This document shows positions 24,054 to 32,385 of a stretch of DNA of 32,755 nucleotides, piece by piece. The position numbers were made by a program, and so were the translations under genes. The stretch is from Acidimicrobiia bacterium (GTDB lineage: Bacteria; Actinomycetota; Acidimicrobiia; Spongiisociales; ZC4RG35): assembly GCA_041567215.1 (NCBI GenBank), contig JBFGRR010000001.1:1-32755 (forward strand). The letters are read 5' to 3'. Below the pieces are notes generated by a model. That model ran no database searches and was not told the origin of the DNA. It saw only the letters and a program-made list of their open reading frames with translations. Position 1 is the first letter of the stretch. The number at the start of each line of letters is the position of its first letter.

Positions 24054-24665
24054 ATGCGAAGGCGTATCGGGGTCAGCGGCGGCAGCACAACCTGGCGGCG
24101 CGGCATGATGGCGATCCTCGAGGACGCGGGCTTCACCGCGGTCGACGTCCCGGAACTCGACGAGTTCCAGCCGGGACGAGATGGGGTGGCGGTGGTGCTC
24201 AGGTCGGACTCGACCGATCTGGGGGAACCGCTGGAGCACGTTCGAGACGAGTATCCGGCCATCCCGATCATCGTGTCTGCACCCGAACTCGACCTCGGCG
24301 CGTTCGCATCGATGATCCGGGCAGGGGCGGCCATGGCCATCGACGACCACACCGACGTCGACTACTACGGGGTCATCGTCGATGCAGCGCTCAAAGACCG
24401 AGCCTCGGTCCCCAGGGAACTCCTCGCAGCGCTAGCCGCCCGGATACCGGCGACCCCCGAATCGTCGGCCTGGGTCACCGACACCGAAGCGGGTTGGTTG
24501 GTCGCCCTGGCCGAAGGGACCACCGTCGCCGATCTCGCCAACCGGGACGGCTATTCGGAGCGAGAGATGTTCCGCCTGCTCGGAAACACCTACAAGCGGA
24601 TCGGCGTGGAGAACCGCACGGAGGCGATCATCTGGGCCACCCGCCACGGCCTGCTCGACGGCTGA
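24054..24665 (+). CDS. LuxR/GerE-family regulator with an atypical (degenerate) receiver-like N-terminal domain
   Basis: 203 aa. The C-terminal GTTVADLANRDGYSEREMFRLLGNTYKRIGVENRTEAIIWATRHGLL is a GerE-type HTH. The N-terminal roughly 120 aa have beta-alpha periodicity like a receiver but lack the usual acidic pair (VSGGS). There is no SD before ATG 24054, so the mRNA may be leaderless. Confidence 0.8.
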   Translation: MRRRIGVSGGSTTWRRGMMAILEDAGFTAVDVPELDEFQPGRDGVAVVLRSDSTDLGEPLEHVRDEYPAIPIIVSAPELDLGAFASMIRAGAAMAIDDHTDVDYYGVIVDAALKDRASVPRELLAALAARIPATPESSAWVTDTEAGWLVALAEGTTVADLANRDGYSEREMFRLLGNTYKRIGVENRTEAIIWATRHGLLDG

Positions 24666-24681
24666 AGGGTTCGATCGCGCC

Positions 24682-27051
24682 CTAGACCACCACGCTCACG
24701 GAGGCGGTCCCAAACACCCCACGAGCCTCCAGCTCCAGCGCCCCGGTGGCATATGCCCAGTCCCCCCGATCCACGTCCCACCATCTGAGTTGGTCGAGGG
24801 CGACCTCGATGTCCAGAGCTGTGCTTTCACCGGGGTCGAGGTGGCGCTTCTGAAAGGCCACCAGCCGTCGATTCACTCCGCCCAGGTCTCTCGCATACAC
24901 CTGGACCACCTCGGCGCCGTGGCGATCACCGGTGTTCGCGAGGTTCGCCGTCAACTTCACCGCACCGTGACCCGAGGCGGCTGCGAGGTCCGACAGCTCG
25001 AAGGAGGTGTAGGACATCCCGTGGCCGAATCGGAACAGCGGCTCGAGACCGGCGCGATCGAATGCCCGGTAGCCGACGTGGATCGAGTCGTCGTAGTGGA
25101 TCTGGCCGTCTTTGCCGGGCCACCCGGCCAAGGACGGATGCTGGGTCGAGTCGACCGGGAAGGTCACCGGCAGCCGGCCACCAGGATCGGAGCGGCCCAA
25201 GAGCACGTCGGCGATCGCCGCGCCAGCCTCCTGGCCGCCGTACCAGACGTGCAGAACGGCCCTGACGTCGTTCAGCCAGGGCATCTCGAGCGCCGACCCA
25301 CCGGTCAGGACGACAACCGTGTTGGGCTGGGCAGCGGCGACCTCGGCTATCAGCCGGTCCTGATCGCCGGGCAGTCGCAGATCGGGCCGGTCGAAACCCT
25401 CGCTCTCCCACTCTCCGTTGAGGCCGGCCACCACGATGGCAACGTCGGCCTCGGATGCCGCTGCCACGGCCTCCGCGATGGGATCGTCCGTCCCGGGTAC
25501 CAGGCACCCGACTCCCAGCCAGCGCCAGCGCTCGCCAGGGACTGACGCGTACTCGACGGTCAACGCGACGGCCTCACCCTCGGACATCTCCAGCTGCCAG
25601 GCGTGGGGACCGACACCACTCCCCTCCCATTCGTCGACGACCTGAGATTCGCCGGCCCAGACCCGCAGTCTCCCCGCTCCAGAGGCGACGAAGGTGTGGA
25701 CACCCGCGGCGTCGGCCCGGTATTCGCCCGACATGCGCACCGAGAAGTCGTCGTGATCGACCCATTCGTCGCCATCGCCGAAGAAGGCGAGGTAGGTCTT
25801 GGGTGTGGCCAGCACTCGCACCGGCTCGTCGCCCGGCGACCGCCCGCGAAAGTACTCCACGAGGAAACCGGAGGCACCATCGCCGTGGCTCAACCGCGAT
25901 GCGTCCAACTGCGGAGGGTTGCGATGACTGGCGCAGCCAAAGGACCAGGTGACCGTGGTGCCTGCGGGGACGCTGGAGCGGATTCCGTCCAGTATCGAGA
26001 CCACCCTGTGAGCGTTGACAGCCGAGCTTCCCCCGCCCTGGTGGGGTGTGTTCTTCGCTCCCTCGCCGATGACCGCAATCGTTCTCTCGGCCGCAAGCGG
26101 GAGCGCGCCGCGGTTGGTCAGCATGACGATCGACTCCGCGGCGACCTTGCGGGAGAGGGCCCGGTCGCCGTCCCGCTCGTCCGCCCGCTCGGCATCGGCT
26201 CGCGGCTGGGTCCGCTCGATCAACTCGAGGATCCTGGCCACCTTGCGGTCGATGTCGGCCTCCTCCACCGCGCCCGACTCCAGCCCGGCCCGGATGTTCT
26301 CTTCGGACATCCAGCGAGCGGGACCGGGCATCTCCAGGTCCAGACCCGAACTCACCACGCCCGGCCCGTAGGTTCCGAACCAATCGCTGATCACGGCACC
26401 GTCGAATCCGAAGTCGTCGCGGAGAACATCATCCAGCAGCGGGTTCTCGGACGCGGTCACGCCGTTGATCGTGTTGTAGGCCGACATGGCGGCCCAGGGT
26501 TTCGACTCCTCGACAGCGATTCGAAACGGTTCCAGATATACCTCTCGAAGGGCCGCTTCGTCGACGCGAGCGTCGATGGTGAACCTGTCGGTTTCCTGGT
26601 CGTTGCAAACGAAGTGTTTGATGCAGGCCCCGACGCCCTCGGACTGGATGCCCCGGATGTATCCGGCCGCGATGCGACCCGAGAGATACGGATCCTCGGA
26701 GAAGCACTCGAAGTTGCGCCCTGCATTGGGCACCCTGGGGATGTTGACAGTGGGGCCGAGGAGCACCGAAGCCCCCTTCGCCCGGGTCTCGTGAGCGAGC
26801 GCTCGCCCCACGGACTCGATGAGGTCTGGGTCGAAGGTGGCGCCCATCGCCGCCCCGACGGGGAAACTGGTCGATGTGGGACCGTGGTTTCCGTCGGCGC
26901 CTCTGGCGCCGTTCGGTCCGTCGGTCACCTTCAGTGCCGGGATGCCAAGCCGCTCCACGGCACGGGTCTCCCACAAGTTGCTTCCCGAGAGAAGACCCAT
27001 CTTCTCTTCCATCGTCAACGCTCCGAGCATCTCTGCAACCCAGTCACTCAT
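24682..27051 (-). CDS. glycoside hydrolase family 3 beta-glucosidase with a PA14-like insertion, cytoplasmic
   Basis: 789 aa from ATG at 27051 (MSDWVAEMLGALTMEEKMGLLSG). Contains KVTDGPNGARG, KHFVCNDQE and GFDGAVISDW (nucleophile Asp motif). An insert of about 125 aa lies between the two GH3 domains. No signal peptide. 8-nt overlap with the upstream stop. The track start at 27213 is an over-extension. Confidence 0.9.
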   Translation of the reverse strand: MSDWVAEMLGALTMEEKMGLLSGSNLWETRAVERLGIPALKVTDGPNGARGADGNHGPTSTSFPVGAAMGATFDPDLIESVGRALAHETRAKGASVLLGPTVNIPRVPNAGRNFECFSEDPYLSGRIAAGYIRGIQSEGVGACIKHFVCNDQETDRFTIDARVDEAALREVYLEPFRIAVEESKPWAAMSAYNTINGVTASENPLLDDVLRDDFGFDGAVISDWFGTYGPGVVSSGLDLEMPGPARWMSEENIRAGLESGAVEEADIDRKVARILELIERTQPRADAERADERDGDRALSRKVAAESIVMLTNRGALPLAAERTIAVIGEGAKNTPHQGGGSSAVNAHRVVSILDGIRSSVPAGTTVTWSFGCASHRNPPQLDASRLSHGDGASGFLVEYFRGRSPGDEPVRVLATPKTYLAFFGDGDEWVDHDDFSVRMSGEYRADAAGVHTFVASGAGRLRVWAGESQVVDEWEGSGVGPHAWQLEMSEGEAVALTVEYASVPGERWRWLGVGCLVPGTDDPIAEAVAAASEADVAIVVAGLNGEWESEGFDRPDLRLPGDQDRLIAEVAAAQPNTVVVLTGGSALEMPWLNDVRAVLHVWYGGQEAGAAIADVLLGRSDPGGRLPVTFPVDSTQHPSLAGWPGKDGQIHYDDSIHVGYRAFDRAGLEPLFRFGHGMSYTSFELSDLAAASGHGAVKLTANLANTGDRHGAEVVQVYARDLGGVNRRLVAFQKRHLDPGESTALDIEVALDQLRWWDVDRGDWAYATGALELEARGVFGTASVSVVV

Positions 27052-30000
27052 CCGCTTCCTCCTGTGAGAACTCGACGGTGAAGACGACCTTCGAGATCGA
27101 CCCATCGGACGCGAAGATCGATGCAGATGATCCCTCGTCGAGGACAGCACCCGTCCGGTGCTTGGCGCGGCCATCGGCGTACAGGACCTCCACCGACGAC
27201 TGCGACCCTGCATGTAGCTCGACAGGAACCCGGCAGACGGTGAGTCTCGCAGGCGTCGTGCCCATCAGTTCCTCGGCCGGAAGCAGCCCGGGCTCGACGG
27301 CAATACGACCGGCGATCACCCGGAGGCCGATCTCCCCCATACGGGTGAGGATCTCCTCCTTCACCTGACCGGTCATGCCCGGTTGCTGGGCGCCTGCGTG
27401 CGCCGGTGTGTGCGAGTAGCAGTCGGTGGGTATGGCGCCGTAACTCTCAGGGTCCTTTCCGAACCCGAGGCCCGATCTGACCTGCCGATACAGCACAGCG
27501 AGCCGGGCGCCGGCGTCCGAGGCCCCGGCTGCGACCGAGTCGCGGTACACCTCCTGCACGGCCAGCAGGAGCTTGGCCACCATGTGCCAGTAGACGGAAC
27601 CGATGCCTTCGTACCCGTACATCGCGCCGGAACGACCGGTGAAGGAGTGGTGGCGAAAGACCTGCTCGTATACATCGGAGACGAGATCGCGAACGCGCCC
27701 GTCACATCCGGACGCGTCGAGGGCCGCCTCGAGGGCAGGGCGGTTGATGAGCCCCTTGGCGAAGTGCAGCCCGCCGCCAGAGTCCCGCGTCAGCACGGAG
27801 CCGATCAGCGGCTCCAATACCGGATGGGCGTCGAGTAGCCCCTGGGGAAGTTCGTTGCGATCGAGGAACGACGGGAGGCGGCGCGCTGGATAGAGCATGA
27901 ACGAGTGCTGATCGGGGCGATACATCTCCGAGGCGTAGAGGGCATCGATGACATCGGCGCACACGGCAGGGTCGAGCGCTCGCGACGAGAGAGCGGCGAC
28001 CTGGCCTTCGAGCATCGGACCCAAGCGGTCGACCGAGGCTGAGAGGTCATCCGGGAATCCCACCAGGTTGTACGAGTCGAACAACCCGTCAGGCCTGCGA
28101 GCAGAGGCAATCGAGGCCCGCAGATGTCGAAGGGCCGTGTCACAGAACCGCTCGATCGAGGCGGAAGTCACCGCGACCATCGGTCTGGAGAACTCGCTCG
28201 GCACAGCGGTCCGGTAAGCGGAGCCGACCGCCCCGAGAGCATCCATCATCTCCCGCCTCTTGGCGTCGTCGACGTTGCCATCGAGCGTCGATCCTTCGAA
28301 GCCCTCCAGAACGGCGGTCAGATCGGACAACCAGCGAGCCACCGGTACGGACATCATCAGCGGCTCTCCCGCGGGAAGACCCTTGATGTAACGCAGATAG
28401 CGGTGCAGGTAGAAAAGGGTCACCATCGAGAGCCCGTATCCGGCCAGAGCGTTGTTGGCATCGTTCCATTCCGGCCTCTGCGTGTTCATCCAGATGCCGC
28501 CGTGCGGAACGAACGCTGTGATCTTCGCGAGGGCAGGAACGAGGAGCTTCTCCATGAGTCCCACCCTCACCAGGCGGCCATCGGCACCGAACGTGAGCCG
28601 CCCATCCGTGCCGATCGCGTCCACCCGGCGTTCGATTTCACCCTGGCGTTCGTAGTCGAAGGAGATCGTGTTGCGGGGGTTGCTCACCATGGTCTCGTGG
28701 CCGGCGAGCACGTAGGGAACGTCGGCGTAGGTGAAGACCGGACGGCTGAGCCATGGATGGATACCACCGGGGTCGAACGCCTCCCACCCCTCGAGAAGCC
28801 GCAGCAGGTAGACGATCTGATGGTCTCCCCAGTAACCGATGTTGCTCCACGGATCGTCGGGTTCGGGGATCTCCCAATCGATTCCGTTTCTGGTGATCCG
28901 GTACGGGTTGTGGCCGTCCGCGGTCGACGCGTTCACGAACTTGGCCACGACGTTCGCGAAGTACCCGGGATACGAGTGGAGGAGCGCCTCCCAGTTCTGG
29001 AAGATGTCCCTCCAGTTGCCCTCGTAAAAGAGCAATTCGCTGCCGTCTGCGGCTTGCGTCATGATCGAGAAACGATTCCATGGGCGGCTCGGGTCGCCGT
29101 GTCGCCTAGAGAAGGTGAGGGGCAGATACTCGAGCACCATGCGGATCAGGTCCGGATCACCGCTCGAAAGCGCGAGCGATCGGAGCACCTCCAGATCGAC
29201 CCACTCCCCGAGGCCGCGGATCTCGTCGCCATGAGAGGCGAAGACGGCCCGATTCCGGGTGCCGATGAAATCGAGAAGATCGGCGACCGGCAGCCGGTAG
29301 ACATGGGGAAACACGCCACCCCGCATGCAGTTGAAGAGGACGTTGGAGAGATGGTGGGCATCAGCCACCCGGTCGCCCGTCGACTGAAATGCGTCCGCAC
29401 CGGCGAGGAGGATCCTCAGACGGTCGTTGCCCGAAGCGATGTCACCGCGGACCCGGACGACGGCGTCAGGGGTGGCCGCGAAGCGGACCCGGTCTCGGAG
29501 CGTCGCATGGCCGAGTCCGGTGTCGGCGACGATCGTCCACGAAACCGCATCGCCCGGCTCGACCTGGACGGCACCGCGAAGCAGGTAAGAGCCGCGGCGT
29601 CCAGTGAGTAGGTCGGTGGGAGGGTGGCCCCGTCCGTGGAGCATCGCCGCGATCACACGTTCGTCGAGGTGGATCTCGGCGTCCCATCCTGCCGACCACA
29701 CGAGCGTCGAAGCCAGGGCTTCTGCCGGCTCGGCGCGGTCGCTGACGAGCGACTCGAGAGAAAAGACACCGGCCGACCCCCACCGGCCCGTCTCGGATCG
29801 CTTGTAGGCGTCGACGAGATTGGATGAGACCTGTTCCATACCTGCGTCCACCCCGGCGGGCATCACATCGAGAAGACCATCGAGCACCTCGAGAGTGGCG
29901 CCCCCGGAGTCGATGTTCACGATCTCGGAGGTCCGCACCCAGCCGTTGTCGCGAGATGGCTCCCACGTCATCCGGAACTGGAGACCCCAGACCGCGTTCG

Positions 30001-30388
30001 TCTCTTCGAACACGATCCTGTTGCCGAGCACGCTCTTCGACACGGCCCTGGTGCACCCTTCGCCCACAACGGGCCCGAGCGGTCGCCAGAGCAGGCGAGA
30101 CCCATCCACGACGCGGGCCACCACCGTGACCGGTCCGGTGATTCCCGCCGCCCGGTGAATCCGGTCGTCGGTCTCATAGGGGAAGAGGGCGTTGTCGCGG
30201 TCGATGCGGCCGGCGGTCAGGGCGGTGGTGCTCGAGACGAACATCCACAGGTCACAGTCCGACACGACGCTCATCAAGAACGGCTCCATGTTCTCGAGCC
30301 CTTCGATGCGGTAGTGCTCGATGCCGTCGACGGTTGTCAAGCCGCCGGCGACGGGAGTACGCCCGGTGCTACGCGTCTCCAGATCCAT
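27044..30388 (-). CDS. large uncharacterised protein (1114 aa), possibly an (alpha/alpha)6-barrel glycoside phosphorylase/hydrolase-like enzyme
   Basis: One continuous ORF. ATG at 30388 forms TGATG with the upstream GH3 stop, and GGAGG lies 11 nt upstream. The GTG at 30400 used by the track has no spacing to the SD. No signal peptide, TM segment or P-loop seen. Motifs GNWRDIFQNWE (about 28988-29017) and RPEWNDANNALAG (about 28451-28474). Confidence 0.8.
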   Translation of the reverse strand: MDLETRSTGRTPVAGGLTTVDGIEHYRIEGLENMEPFLMSVVSDCDLWMFVSSTTALTAGRIDRDNALFPYETDDRIHRAAGITGPVTVVARVVDGSRLLWRPLGPVVGEGCTRAVSKSVLGNRIVFEETNAVWGLQFRMTWEPSRDNGWVRTSEIVNIDSGGATLEVLDGLLDVMPAGVDAGMEQVSSNLVDAYKRSETGRWGSAGVFSLESLVSDRAEPAEALASTLVWSAGWDAEIHLDERVIAAMLHGRGHPPTDLLTGRRGSYLLRGAVQVEPGDAVSWTIVADTGLGHATLRDRVRFAATPDAVVRVRGDIASGNDRLRILLAGADAFQSTGDRVADAHHLSNVLFNCMRGGVFPHVYRLPVADLLDFIGTRNRAVFASHGDEIRGLGEWVDLEVLRSLALSSGDPDLIRMVLEYLPLTFSRRHGDPSRPWNRFSIMTQAADGSELLFYEGNWRDIFQNWEALLHSYPGYFANVVAKFVNASTADGHNPYRITRNGIDWEIPEPDDPWSNIGYWGDHQIVYLLRLLEGWEAFDPGGIHPWLSRPVFTYADVPYVLAGHETMVSNPRNTISFDYERQGEIERRVDAIGTDGRLTFGADGRLVRVGLMEKLLVPALAKITAFVPHGGIWMNTQRPEWNDANNALAGYGLSMVTLFYLHRYLRYIKGLPAGEPLMMSVPVARWLSDLTAVLEGFEGSTLDGNVDDAKRREMMDALGAVGSAYRTAVPSEFSRPMVAVTSASIERFCDTALRHLRASIASARRPDGLFDSYNLVGFPDDLSASVDRLGPMLEGQVAALSSRALDPAVCADVIDALYASEMYRPDQHSFMLYPARRLPSFLDRNELPQGLLDAHPVLEPLIGSVLTRDSGGGLHFAKGLINRPALEAALDASGCDGRVRDLVSDVYEQVFRHHSFTGRSGAMYGYEGIGSVYWHMVAKLLLAVQEVYRDSVAAGASDAGARLAVLYRQVRSGLGFGKDPESYGAIPTDCYSHTPAHAGAQQPGMTGQVKEEILTRMGEIGLRVIAGRIAVEPGLLPAEELMGTTPARLTVCRVPVELHAGSQSSVEVLYADGRAKHRTGAVLDEGSSASIFASDGSISKVVFTVEFSQEEADE

Positions 30389-32385
30389 CAGGAGTCGCAC
30401 CTCCCCACCGTGCCGAGCGGCTCACCATCAGTCGAAAGGCCATAGCCGAAGGGGTATCTGGCGCCATCACACGAACCCATCTGGAGGCTCCCCAGGGCTT
30501 CGATGGAGGAGGGCCACGTGTATGGGAGCACGCCTGCGAAAGCCTCTTCACCTGTCAGCACATCGACGATCCCAGCACCCTCCGAACCGGGCAGCCAGGC
30601 AACCACCAGGGCATCGGCGCTGTCAAACTCGGGCCCCAGCACCAGCGGACGCCCGGTGATGAGGACCACCACCAGCTTGTCCACCTTTGGCCGCATCCGG
30701 CGGATGACCTCCACCTCCGAGCCCGGCAGCATCAGCGACTCGCTGTCGCCTCTCCCCTCGGCGTAGGGCCGCTCACCGACGACGGCGATTCCCAGCGGAG
30801 CGACATCCGTACGGTTGTCGAACTTCCCGAAGCGGTCGTACTCGATAGTGGACGACACGGCGGTGAGGGCGTCGAAGATGCTCGTGCCACCGGCGACGTC
30901 GCCCGAGTCGCCCTGCCAGCTGATGGTCCATCCGCCCGACTGGATACCAACGTCATGTGCGGCTGCACCACCGAGAAGGACCGTGCCTCCGTCTGTGTCG
31001 ATCGGCAGTGTTTCGCCATCGGTCTCGAGAAGGACCATCGATCGGGCCACCGCTCGGCGGGCAAGCGCCCTGTGCTCATCGGAACCGACAGATGCGAGTA
31101 GATCGGACGTCGGCATCGGCGACTCGAAGAGGCCCATCGCGAACTTCACCCGGAGGATCCTCCGCACCGCCTCGTCGATGCGCTCCTCGATGACGTCCCC
31201 CTGGGTCACGGCCCCGCGCAGCGCCCTGATGAAGAGCTCATACTCGGAGGGCACCATCACCATGTCGATCCCGGCATTGACGGACTGGACGATCGAGCCG
31301 TACAGATCGCCCGGTTTGACCTGATCGACTGCGGCCCAGTCGGAAACCACGAATCCGTCGAACCCGAGCTCTCCACGGAGCATGTCGGTGAGCAGATAGC
31401 GGTCGCCGTGGACCTTGCCGTTCTCCCAGCTGGAGTAGGACGCCATGACCGTCACCGCGCCGGTTTCGAATGCGGCCAAGTACGGGTATACGTGGACAGA
31501 GCGGAGCTCGTCCTCGCCCGCCAGTGTCACACCCTGGTCGATCCGGTACACCGTCGAGGTGCCCCAACCCGTGCCGCCGTCTCCCACGAAATGCTTGGGT
31601 GTGGCGACCACGGCCGTGTCTTCGGCGAGATCTGCACCCTGAAGGCCGCGGACGACAGCCGCTCCAAGCAGGGACACGAGCTCCGGATCCTCGCCAAAAG
31701 CCTCATAGGTCCGACCCCAGCGGACGTCCTGCGGGACGGCGAGGACCGGTGAGTAGTTCCAGCGAATCCCGGTGGCGGCCGTCTCTTCGGCCGTCGCCCT
31801 GGCAATCTCCTCTACGAGAACGGGATCCCTCGTGGCTCCCAGCCCCACGTTGTGCGGAAAGATCGTGGCTCCGCGCAGATTGTTGTGGCCGTGAACGGCA
31901 TCCACCCCGTAGATGACCGGGATTCCCAGCCGGGTGGCGAGGGCGGCGTCCTGAAAGGCCCCGACCATCTCGCGCCAGGCTTCGGGGTTGTTGGGGCGGG
32001 GCGTGCCTCCGCCCCCGCTGAGCAGCGCACCGATCGCGTACTCACGCACCTCTTCCGGGCTGATGGACCCTTTCTCGACGAGGGTCATCTGCCCGAGCTT
32101 CTCGTCCAGCGTCATCCGGCCGAGCAGGTCCTCGACGCGCTCGTCGACCGGAACCGACGGGTCCAGGTAGGCGGGATCGGCGGCGGTGGCAGCGGTGGTT
32201 GCCGGGACTTCGACCGTGGTAGTGGTGGTGGACTCGCTACCCGACCCACAGGCAGCCAAGGCGACCAACGCCGTGAGCGCTCCGGCCACCACTCCGGAGC
32301 GAACACGGCGACGGTCGGACCCGGACCGGGACTCGAGTGGCCCGTCCGGGTCATCCCCGGGAGGAATCGGGGAGGTATTGGTCAT
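30388..32385 (-). CDS. glycoside hydrolase family 3 (exo-beta-glucosidase/glucan beta-glucosidase type), predicted lipoprotein
   Basis: 665 aa. SDRRRVRSGVVAGALTALVALAAC is a signal peptide with an LAAC lipobox and an RRR stretch. Contains LDEKLGQMT, YGVDAVHGHNN, IFPHNVGLGATRD and GFDGFVVSDW. ATG at 32385 forms an ATGA overlap with the upstream stop. Confidence 0.9.
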   Translation of the reverse strand: MTNTSPIPPGDDPDGPLESRSGSDRRRVRSGVVAGALTALVALAACGSGSESTTTTTVEVPATTAATAADPAYLDPSVPVDERVEDLLGRMTLDEKLGQMTLVEKGSISPEEVREYAIGALLSGGGGTPRPNNPEAWREMVGAFQDAALATRLGIPVIYGVDAVHGHNNLRGATIFPHNVGLGATRDPVLVEEIARATAEETAATGIRWNYSPVLAVPQDVRWGRTYEAFGEDPELVSLLGAAVVRGLQGADLAEDTAVVATPKHFVGDGGTGWGTSTVYRIDQGVTLAGEDELRSVHVYPYLAAFETGAVTVMASYSSWENGKVHGDRYLLTDMLRGELGFDGFVVSDWAAVDQVKPGDLYGSIVQSVNAGIDMVMVPSEYELFIRALRGAVTQGDVIEERIDEAVRRILRVKFAMGLFESPMPTSDLLASVGSDEHRALARRAVARSMVLLETDGETLPIDTDGGTVLLGGAAAHDVGIQSGGWTISWQGDSGDVAGGTSIFDALTAVSSTIEYDRFGKFDNRTDVAPLGIAVVGERPYAEGRGDSESLMLPGSEVEVIRRMRPKVDKLVVVLITGRPLVLGPEFDSADALVVAWLPGSEGAGIVDVLTGEEAFAGVLPYTWPSSIEALGSLQMGSCDGARYPFGYGLSTDGEPLGTVGRCDS

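Noticed and set aside
22899-24108. Plus-strand ORFs 22899..24044 and 23071..24108 (a Pro/Thr/Ala/Ser-rich protein) as the real product of the 33-bp periodic region.
   Set aside because: Every frame is open because of the repeat composition. Only the minus frame has a strong SD, a G/C-dominated third codon position, a clean 11-residue amphipathic phasing and a downstream terminator. The plus ORFs would also run into or overlap the LuxR gene and have no SD. This still deserves an expression check.
23889-24350. The N-terminal 154 codons of track ORF 23067..24350, and the 5' extensions of 10310..11899, 11647..13236, 14015..15400, 16260..17504, 16961..18007, 22430..23104 and 24682..27213.
   Set aside because: The extensions are Arg-rich, overlap the upstream gene or the LuxR gene, and precede the point where family-conserved N-termini begin. 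In each case an internal ATG or GTG sits exactly at a 4- or 8-nt overlap with the upstream stop and/or behind a good SD.
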